This document shows positions 23,271 to 29,981 of a stretch of DNA of 32,000 bases, piece by piece. Source of the stretch: Nitrosopumilaceae archaeon (GTDB lineage Archaea > Thermoproteota > Nitrososphaeria > Nitrososphaerales > Nitrosopumilaceae); NCBI GenBank assembly GCA_040877685.1, contig JBBDNF010000013.1, forward strand, positions 21,886 through 53,885, given 5' to 3'. Both the position numbers and the translations under genes were made by a program. Position 1 is the first letter of the stretch; every line of letters begins with the position of its first letter. Under the pieces are notes generated by a model. That model was not told the origin of the DNA and did no database searches. It saw only the letters and a program-made list of their open reading frames with translations.

Positions 23271-23765
23271 GTGCATCTTCCTGAAAATCTAAGAGCTGAT
23301 CTGAAAAGACCTCTTGGCGTCTTGCTTAAGGATGTTGATGCAACAAAAGAAAATATTCAAAAAAATATTCCCGCAAATTCAGTTATAATTTCTGTCGGTG
23401 ATGCAACTACAGAAAAACTGATCAAATATGGTATAATTCCTTCATTACAAATTGTTGATGGGTTAGAAAAAAGAGTCAAAAAAGAATTGCCATCTGCAAA
23501 TGTCAAAACATCTCTTTCCTGTTTCAATCCTGCTGCAGAAATTACCACTCAGAGTATAGATACCATAAAGAAGGCTTTCCAATCTCCCAAACCAGTAAGA
23601 ATAACAGTGACAGGTGAAGAAGATCTCTTAGTATTACCAGTATGTGTCTTTGCACCAGAAAATTCGGTGGTTTTTTATGGCCAACCAAATGAGGGACTAG
23701 TGATTGTCAAAATAAATCCTCAGATAAGAAATAAAGCACAATCAATTATGGATTCTATGAGTTAG
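23271..23765 (+). CDS. GTP-dependent dephospho-CoA kinase (DUF359 family)
   Basis: 'LRADLKRPLGVL', 'ISVGDATT..L' and 'P.LQIVDG.EKR' match the archaeal DUF359/DPCK pattern. The start is GTG. Confidence 0.72.
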   Translation: MHLPENLRADLKRPLGVLLKDVDATKENIQKNIPANSVIISVGDATTEKLIKYGIIPSLQIVDGLEKRVKKELPSANVKTSLSCFNPAAEITTQSIDTIKKAFQSPKPVRITVTGEEDLLVLPVCVFAPENSVVFYGQPNEGLVIVKINPQIRNKAQSIMDSMS

Positions 23766-23767
23766 TA

Positions 23768-23828
23768 GGGGGTATGATGACACGGTGGCTGTATGATTTA
23801 TGATTAAGCTACACAAGTTCTGACCCTC
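23768..23828 (+). ncRNA. C/D box sRNA (2'-O-methylation guide)
   Basis: The 5' stem GGGGG (23768-72) pairs with CCCTC (23824-28). The C box is AUGAUGA (23774-80), followed by a 12-nt guide (23781-92) and a degenerate D' box AUGA (23793-96). The C' box AUGAUUA (23800-06) is followed by a 13-nt guide (23807-19) and the D box CUGA (23820-23). Total length is 61 nt, starting 3 nt after the upstream stop codon. Confidence 0.6.
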
Positions 23829-23907
23829 ACTAACTATTTGTAGCAAAAGTAAACAAGCACAAACACAATATTTGACATGTGCAATTAAACCGTCTTTGCA
23901 AAATCAG

Positions 23908-24276
23908 ATGTTCGTGAGACTTGATTCAGACCTACAATTCAAAATACTAGAAAAGGTTGGAATCTATGCAAACAGATTTGGAATACAAGAGCCAAAGGTA
24001 CTTTTTACTACTAAAGAGGTTCTTGAGATGCCAAAAGAGATGACTGAGGGACGAAGAACCTCAGCATACAAGTATTATGGTGTGTCATATATACAACACA
24101 GCATGATTTTTGTAAATGTTAGAAAGATGCAGGACGAAAAAACTTTGGAAAACACAATTGTACATGAGCTGATCCATCTGAGATTTCCATATCTTAGTCA
24201 TGGAAAGAGATTCAACAAACTCGTTAGACAAGGGCTTGCAGGAAAAACATTTGCTCCCTACAAGAAAAGAAGCTAG
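23908..24276 (+). CDS. Small HExxH zinc-metallopeptidase-like protein (SprT/DUF45-like)
   Basis: 'TIVHELIHLRFPYLSHGKRF' has HExxH plus a downstream His, as in SprT-like and YgjP-like proteins. I prefer ATG 23908 to the track's TTG 23872. Confidence 0.5.
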   Translation: MFVRLDSDLQFKILEKVGIYANRFGIQEPKVLFTTKEVLEMPKEMTEGRRTSAYKYYGVSYIQHSMIFVNVRKMQDEKTLENTIVHELIHLRFPYLSHGKRFNKLVRQGLAGKTFAPYKKRS

Positions 24277-24292
24277 AAATCTTTCAGACATG

Positions 24293-24303
24293 ATTTATAT
24301 TTA
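24293..24303 (+). promoter_or_regulatory. TATA box ('atttatattta') for hppA
   Basis: The box is centred about 28 nt upstream of ATG 24326. Confidence 0.35.
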
Positions 24304-24325
24304 CCACAAATAGGCAAAACTGCAA

Positions 24326-26362
24326 ATGTTGCTACAAGATCTAATTATACCTGTAGGCGCAGCAATTGTTTCTTTTGCAGTTGCAGCAGGTTTTGCCGCC
24401 TGGGTTTCTAGACAAAAACCTGGAACACAACAGATGCTTGACATTTCAAACGCAGTAAAGGTTGGAGCAATGGCATTTTTACGAAGAGAATTTAAAATTG
24501 TCATTCCAGTTGCCGTAGGTCTTGCAGTTTTGATTGGGGCAGCAATTGGATTTTCAAACGGTATTGCTTTTGCAGTTGGTGCGGGTCTTTCTGCAGTTGC
24601 AGGATTAATTTCACTTAAAATCACGGTAAAGGCTGCTGTTCGTGCAGCAAATGCCTCAGGACAAGGACTTGGTCACACGTTTGCTCTTGCTTTTAGAGGA
24701 GGAGCAACTGTCGGTCTTGCAGTTCCTGCCATGGCACTTTTGGCCATCACGTTACTCTATTTTGTATTTCCAGATCCGATTACAATCGCGGGAGTTGGAA
24801 TTGGTGCTAGTCTCATTGCATTGTTTATCAGGGTAGGAGGAGGAATTTTCACAAAAGCTGCAGACATGGGAGCAGACTTGGTTGGAAAAGTAGAGGCAAA
24901 CATTCCGGAAGATGACCCACGAAATCCGGCTACTATTGCTGATAATGTAGGTGACAATGTAGGGGATGCTGCTGGCATGGGTTCTGATATTTATGAATCA
25001 TATATTGTAACTATGCTCGCTTCACTGCTACTTGCAGCATTAATTGGCTCTCCTGAAAATCTGCTTTATCCAATTTTAATTGGTGCATCAGGACTGATTG
25101 CTTCGATAATAGGAGCTGCAACAATAGGACCAAGAAAGATGTCCGATGTTATGAAACCACTGACTCGCGCATTTTATGTTTCTGCCGCAATAGCAATAGG
25201 GCTCAATTTTATTTTCACATACTTCTTCCTTGGTCAAACGCCACTTGCATATGCACTATTTGGCAGTACAGTAGTTGGAGTGATTCTAGTTCCTGTCATA
25301 CAAAGAATTACAGATGTGTTTACAAGCTACAGATTCAAACCAGTAAAAGAAATCGCTGCAGCTGCAAAATGGGGACATGCGTCACTTACACTTATGGGAA
25401 TAATACAAGGAATGCGTTCGACAGGTCCGTTTATGATTGCAATAGTTGTTGCCCTTGCAACATCATTTGCAATAGCTCATTCAGCTGCTCCAGATCCATC
25501 ACAAGCTGCACTGTATGGTATCTTTGGTACCTCACTTACTGCAATGGCCATGCTCAGTCTTGCTGGCATAGTACTTAGCATAGATGCCTTTGGCCCAATT
25601 AGTGACAATGCGGGTGGAATTGTAGAAATGACACACATGGGAGAGGAAAACCGCAAGGTTACAGATGAGATAGATGCCGTAGGAAACACTACAAAGGCAG
25701 TCACTAAGGGTTTTGCAATTGCAAGTGCCGGTCTTGCGGCTTTAGCAATGATTCAGGCTTTTCAGTATGAAGCAGAAAAGATATTCCATGTAGCATTTGA
25801 CTATAGTCTATCAAATCCTGCAATAATAATTGGGCTACTTGTTGGTGGTATGATTCCATTTTTCATTACAAGTCAACTTATCGGTGCAGTTTCAAGAGCT
25901 GCTTCTAAGATGGTGGAAGAAGTAAGAAGACAATTTAAAAATACTCCTGAAATTCTTACTGGCAAATCAAAGCCAGACTATGCCAAGTGTGTTGATGTTG
26001 CAACTGTAGCATCACTACGTGAGCTGTGGAAGTCTGCCACGATAACAATTGCTGCACCAATAATACTTGGTGTAATATTGGGCCCTCCAGCTGTTGCAGG
26101 GCTTTTGATGGGAGCTGTTGTTACAGGAATTTTCTTGGCGTATCATCTAGCAAATACTGGCGGAGCATGGGATAATGCTAAAAAGTACATGGAAATTCAA
26201 GGACTGAAAGGGTCGGAGGAACATAAGATTGCAATTGTTGGCGATGTAATAGGAGATCCATACAAAGATACTGCTGGACCTGCACTAAATACAGTCATCA
26301 AATTATTAAACACGGTAGCAATTGTGTTTGTATCAGCGTTTATCACAATTCTTGTTCTGTAA
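24326..26362 (+). CDS. hppA: Membrane-integral H+-translocating pyrophosphatase
   Basis: It has about 16 TM segments. 'GGGIFTKAADMGADLVGKVE', 'DNVGDNVGD', 'DAVGNTTKA' and 'NTGGAWDNAKKY' are hallmark V-PPase motifs. Confidence 0.95.
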   Translation: MLLQDLIIPVGAAIVSFAVAAGFAAWVSRQKPGTQQMLDISNAVKVGAMAFLRREFKIVIPVAVGLAVLIGAAIGFSNGIAFAVGAGLSAVAGLISLKITVKAAVRAANASGQGLGHTFALAFRGGATVGLAVPAMALLAITLLYFVFPDPITIAGVGIGASLIALFIRVGGGIFTKAADMGADLVGKVEANIPEDDPRNPATIADNVGDNVGDAAGMGSDIYESYIVTMLASLLLAALIGSPENLLYPILIGASGLIASIIGAATIGPRKMSDVMKPLTRAFYVSAAIAIGLNFIFTYFFLGQTPLAYALFGSTVVGVILVPVIQRITDVFTSYRFKPVKEIAAAAKWGHASLTLMGIIQGMRSTGPFMIAIVVALATSFAIAHSAAPDPSQAALYGIFGTSLTAMAMLSLAGIVLSIDAFGPISDNAGGIVEMTHMGEENRKVTDEIDAVGNTTKAVTKGFAIASAGLAALAMIQAFQYEAEKIFHVAFDYSLSNPAIIIGLLVGGMIPFFITSQLIGAVSRAASKMVEEVRRQFKNTPEILTGKSKPDYAKCVDVATVASLRELWKSATITIAAPIILGVILGPPAVAGLLMGAVVTGIFLAYHLANTGGAWDNAKKYMEIQGLKGSEEHKIAIVGDVIGDPYKDTAGPALNTVIKLLNTVAIVFVSAFITILVL

Positions 26363-26363
26363 A

Positions 26364-26558
26364 CTAGCCCGAGTTTTTCTCGTCAACTACCATTGTCATG
26401 TCAAGTTCGTCTATTTGTGCCTCAATTGTTTTCTTTATTGTCTCATTGTGTTCTGGGCAGAATCTGAAAAAGCCGTCAACTGTCTCAAAACAGCCGCAGA
26501 TCCACTGTGTCTTAATATCACCTTCTATAGTTAGCTTGTTGTAAGGGCTTTTTGTCAT
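26364..26558 (-). CDS. 64-aa hypothetical protein with C-x-C-x10-C-x2-H pattern
   Basis: This is a track ORF containing 'WICGCFETVDGFFRFCPEH' with an acidic C-terminus. It is convergent with hppA, 1 nt from its stop. No family was recognised. Confidence 0.45.
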   Translation of the reverse strand: MTKSPYNKLTIEGDIKTQWICGCFETVDGFFRFCPEHNETIKKTIEAQIDELDMTMVVDEKNSG

Positions 26559-26638
26559 ATTATTTACAACATCATTTATGAAAGATCGTTCTAAAAAGAC
26601 TTTTCACCTCTAGATATCACAAAAATTAAAAAATAGTT

Positions 26639-26896
26639 TTATGGACAGCCTTCCATCTTTTGGATGAAGTATCCATTTTTGCGGATTTGCTCTGCTATAG
26701 GTTCTGGTGCACCTTGGGTATGGCAAAACTGGCACTCTTCTGTAGTAACCTTTGCCTTGTCTTCACCGATTGACTTTAACCATTCTTTTGCATAATCAAT
26801 TGCTTTTAGATGGTCTTTGACATCAGTGATCACATCAAAGTGCATAGTGTGGCCATCGGTAGCCTCAACATATGTATCGTATACGTGAATGTCCAT
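26639..26896 (-). CDS. DUF2024-family small protein
   Basis: 'HVYDTYVEATDGHTMHFDV' at the N-terminus matches my memory of the DUF2024 family. 'CQFCH' and a C-terminal 'GCP' are also present. Confidence 0.55.
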   Translation of the reverse strand: MDIHVYDTYVEATDGHTMHFDVITDVKDHLKAIDYAKEWLKSIGEDKAKVTTEECQFCHTQGAPEPIAEQIRKNGYFIQKMEGCP

Positions 26897-26940
26897 ATTT
26901 TCTCATTTCAAGGAAGGGATATTTATTTCAAATCACTATA

Positions 26941-27339
26941 TTGGCTGTGATACACAGGATCACATTAGATTTTCCAAAAATAAAGACCATATATTTGGAA
27001 TTGGATGATGTAATTGCTCCAAAGACAATCAAAGCTTTTCTTGATTGCTTACCACTTACTGTTGGAATAAACTTGTGGGGAGAAGAGCTTTATACGGATG
27101 AAATTCCGGTTGCCGTTAGTACAGAAAATGCAAAGTCTTTGGTAGATTTAATGGATGTTGCATACTGGCCTCCAGGTAAGGCGATCTGCCTCTTTTTTGG
27201 ACCAACACCCATAGGAAAAAAAGGTGAGATCAAGCCCTATTCGTCTGTAAATGTAATTGGGAAGATCAAAGACGAAGACAAAAGATTTCTAAAAGACATA
27301 CGTGATGGAATGATGGTAACTTTCAGGGTTTCTAAGTAA
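26941..27339 (+). CDS. Cyclophilin-like protein (TM1367/PF04126-like)
   Basis: 'NLWGEELY', 'VAYWPPGKAICLFFGPTP' and 'VNVIGKI' are collinear with the TM1367 family. The start is TTG 26941 (or GTG 26947). The track's 26872 start overlaps the divergent gene. Confidence 0.78.
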   Translation: MAVIHRITLDFPKIKTIYLELDDVIAPKTIKAFLDCLPLTVGINLWGEELYTDEIPVAVSTENAKSLVDLMDVAYWPPGKAICLFFGPTPIGKKGEIKPYSSVNVIGKIKDEDKRFLKDIRDGMMVTFRVSK

Positions 27340-27384
27340 TCATCTAGGCAATACTTTTACGCTAGAAGTACGTAAAGGATTTGC

Positions 27385-27483
27385 ATGTGGGATCTCAGAA
27401 CTCACCTGAAATGCAAGGAATGCAACCTTTCCTTTACCGATAAGGAACACTTTGAAAGGCACAAGAAGAACATACACAAATAG
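27385..27483 (+). CDS. 32-aa C2H2 zinc-finger micro-protein (paralog of 4932..5090)
   Basis: ATG 27385 to TAG 27481-27483 encodes MWDLRTHLKCKECNLSFTDKEHFERHKKNIHK. It has the same C-x2-C-x12-H-x4-H spacing and shares the 'KCKEC' and 'ERH.K..H' strings with the 52-aa finger. Confidence 0.55.
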   Translation: MWDLRTHLKCKECNLSFTDKEHFERHKKNIHK

Positions 27484-27885
27484 CTACAGAACAGCCACAT
27501 CTACAGATATTATTTTGGAATCAAAAACATATGCCTTAAACTCCTCGTTTTTGTTTGAAAATATAATCCAAGGAACTGGGTTTATTTCCATATATTTTTG
27601 GTCAGTTAAAGACGGGTAAGCGCTGGAGTCTGGATGAGAATGAAAAATTCCAACCACATCAAGTTGTCTTTTTTCTGCTTCCTCGTATACTTTTATGAGT
27701 TCTTCATTTGATATCGTAAAGTTTACTGGTGACTCTTGCGTATTTTTTGTTAGAAAAATATCTTTAACTGTAAAGTGGTCATTTTCTATCTTTCCAAACA
27801 ATACCGCACAGGATTCGTTAGGAATATTATTTCTTGCATGTGTGGCAAGAGTATCTATCTGGTCTTGTGAAAAAACTATTTGCAA
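27484..27885 (-). CDS. JAMM/MPN+ metalloprotease
   Basis: It has the complete JAMM motif 'HSHPDSSAYPSLTD' (H-x-H-x7-S-x2-D) plus the upstream catalytic Glu in 'NESCAVLFG'. I prefer TTG 27885, which gives a family-typical N-terminus and avoids a 46-nt overlap. The track start is GTG 27933. Confidence 0.85.
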   Translation of the reverse strand: MQIVFSQDQIDTLATHARNNIPNESCAVLFGKIENDHFTVKDIFLTKNTQESPVNFTISNEELIKVYEEAEKRQLDVVGIFHSHPDSSAYPSLTDQKYMEINPVPWIIFSNKNEEFKAYVFDSKIISVDVAVL

Positions 27886-27887
27886 TC

Positions 27888-28751
27888 TTACTCTACTATG
27901 ATTTTCCCTGTCATAAATGGGTGTACCGTACACAGGTACTCGTATTCTCCTGCTGCAAGATTTTCAGTATTAAGACTCCATTTAGCCCCAGCAGATATCA
28001 GGTCTGAATCAAATGTGTCACCAAAGTCAACTGAGCTTGTTACTGTATGTATTACATTGTCATTGTTTGTCCACTCAATCATATCACCTTTTGATGCAGT
28101 AACAACATCTGGATTATAGTCAGGATTGTCAGGAGTTGCGGCTCCAGCCAGTATCTCTACCGGTATTACGTTTGCAGTAGGAGATATCGGTTCTGCTGGT
28201 TCTGCAACCTTTTCTTCCTCTTTCATCACAGGTGGCACTAATGAGAATTGCGCACCAGGTCCTACAAACCCTAGAGTAACAAATGTTGCGAGTCCAACAC
28301 CGGCTGCCAGTATGAATATCACAGATATTGGCTTGGAATACTGGGGGATTTTCATTGCAGCATACGCAACAATGATTGTTGGAATTATTATGATCATCAG
28401 GACTCCTGCAAATGTTGTTAGGGTGGTAACTGAGGTTAGTGTAAATGCAAATGCGCCAAAAGAACCTGCAATCCCAAAAATTACCAGAGTCGTGGCTTTG
28501 GCCCTGTTACTAGTTGAGACTCCGCCACTTAAGATGCCACAGGCCAAAAAGATCAAACCAAACATCATCGTAAGACCCGTGAGAGCGTGCATTCCATCAA
28601 TGAATGTCTTGGCAATGCCAGCGTACGAGATGACCACGCCTGCAAGTCCTATGGCAGTAAGGCCCATGCCGGGCATCATCAGGTCCCAGTCGCTCATTTG
28701 TGGTAGATTCAAGAAGTGAGCTAAATAATCCTTTTGAACCTCATAACACAA
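27888..28751 (-). CDS. Membrane-anchored blue (type 1) copper protein, plastocyanin-like
   Basis: It has an N-terminal region of about 5 TM, a Pro/Glu-rich linker and a C-terminal cupredoxin. The Cu ligands are 'NVIHTV' (His) and 'CTVHPFM' (Cys-x2-His-x2-Met). Confidence 0.88.
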   Translation of the reverse strand: MCYEVQKDYLAHFLNLPQMSDWDLMMPGMGLTAIGLAGVVISYAGIAKTFIDGMHALTGLTMMFGLIFLACGILSGGVSTSNRAKATTLVIFGIAGSFGAFAFTLTSVTTLTTFAGVLMIIIIPTIIVAYAAMKIPQYSKPISVIFILAAGVGLATFVTLGFVGPGAQFSLVPPVMKEEEKVAEPAEPISPTANVIPVEILAGAATPDNPDYNPDVVTASKGDMIEWTNNDNVIHTVTSSVDFGDTFDSDLISAGAKWSLNTENLAAGEYEYLCTVHPFMTGKIIVE

Positions 28752-28794
28752 GGTTCGAAGAAATTAAATCCCTAGCAAAACTGCTAACAAAGAG

Positions 28795-29667
28795 TTGGGA
28801 TTAAAAGAAATACTCGAAGTATCAAAACCGCGTATCGTAGTTTTGCTTGTCATTACTGCAGTTACATCCATGTATGCAGCAAGCAAACTGATCGGTCCTG
28901 AGCTTAGTTATTCAAGCCTTTTGCACATTATTATAGCTGGTACACTTTCCTCTGCTGGTTCTAGCGCACTTAATCACTATTACGATAGAGATGTTGATCG
29001 TTTGATGAAACGCACTAGTACAAGACCTATTCCATCTGGTAGAATGTCTGCAAGAAGTGTTCTGTTGTATGGATTGATAGTTAGTGCAGCTTCAGTGATT
29101 TATGCAGCAATTACTCTAAATCTGGTTTCTGCTTTTTTTATTGCAGTTGGCATATTCTTCTATGTTATTGTGTACACGGCATGGCTTAAGCGAAGTAATT
29201 CTTCAAACATCGTAGTTGGCGGATTTGCTGGAAGTGCAGCGTCCATGGCAGGCTGGTCTGCTGCTACCGGCTCGATGGACTTGCTTGGAGCACTTGTAGG
29301 AGTTTTGGTTTTTCTGTGGACCCCATCTCACTTTTGGTGTCTGGCAATGAAAATTAAAACAGATTACGAAGAAGCAAAGATTCCGATGCTTCCTGTTTTA
29401 GTTGGGATGCAAAAAACATCAAACTATATTTTGATCAATACTGCAATCTTGCTGCCTTACTCTCTTGCACTGTACGCATTTGGTTTGGGCCTTGTGTATC
29501 TAGTAATAGCTGCTGTCTCTGGAGGACTACTTTTAGCATATCATTATAAGCTTACAAAAAATCCAACACCAGAGTTTGCTTGGAAAGCATACAAAGTAAC
29601 TGCGCCGTATCTTACTGTAATATTTGTAGGAATTGCTTTAGATGCTGCGTTTCATTATAGAATTTAG
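28795..29667 (+). CDS. ctaB: Protoheme IX farnesyltransferase (heme O synthase)
   Basis: It is a UbiA-family protein with 'NHYYDRDVDRLMKRTSTRPIPSG' and a second Asp-rich region, with about 8-9 TM. The start is TTG. Confidence 0.9.
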   Translation: MGLKEILEVSKPRIVVLLVITAVTSMYAASKLIGPELSYSSLLHIIIAGTLSSAGSSALNHYYDRDVDRLMKRTSTRPIPSGRMSARSVLLYGLIVSAASVIYAAITLNLVSAFFIAVGIFFYVIVYTAWLKRSNSSNIVVGGFAGSAASMAGWSAATGSMDLLGALVGVLVFLWTPSHFWCLAMKIKTDYEEAKIPMLPVLVGMQKTSNYILINTAILLPYSLALYAFGLGLVYLVIAAVSGGLLLAYHYKLTKNPTPEFAWKAYKVTAPYLTVIFVGIALDAAFHYRI

Positions 29668-29978
29668 TTAGATTCTTCTTGGTCTGGCTCAATGCCTGGA
29701 AAGCCAGCCTCATAATCACGTTCTAATTTCTCTTTGTTTTGTTCTTCTACTTCGTCTTTCTCATTTTCCTTTTCGACTATCTCTATCCTACGTTGTTCCT
29801 TTGTAAGCCAGCTTACTTTGATGAGTCCATATATTTCCAAGTCTAGCAGAGTCTTGTTGAATTGGTCTTCAGGAAGAACTATTCCTTCTTTGATCAGAAA
29901 CTTTGATAGCTCTGAGTCTGTTAGAGAACCAGAGTCCTTTACCTTTTCATATACTAGATTTTTCAGTGGTAGTGTCAT
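29664..29978 (-). CDS. 104-aa hypothetical protein with an acidic C-terminal half, co-transcribed with cdc48
   Basis: It starts 3 nt after the cdc48 stop. The N-terminal ~65 aa look like a small helical or winged-helix-like domain ('LTDSELSKFL...LLDLEIYGLIKVS'). The tail is a glutamate-rich, mixed-charge stretch ('EKENEKDEVEEQNKEKLERDYE'). Confidence 0.5.
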   Translation of the reverse strand: MTLPLKNLVYEKVKDSGSLTDSELSKFLIKEGIVLPEDQFNKTLLDLEIYGLIKVSWLTKEQRRIEIVEKENEKDEVEEQNKEKLERDYEAGFPGIEPDQEESN

Positions 29979-29981
29979 TTC

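Noticed and set aside
24301-24624. 107-aa minus-strand ORF overlapping the hppA 5' end
   Set aside because: It is the antisense shadow of the Ala/Gly-rich pyrophosphatase N-terminus. The hppA frame carries all V-PPase motifs.
28126-28719. 197-aa plus-strand ORF antisense to the cupredoxin membrane domain
   Set aside because: The minus-strand frame ends in an unmistakable type-1 copper site. The antisense frame has no recognisable features and is the usual shadow ORF of a hydrophobic, Ala/Gly-rich gene.
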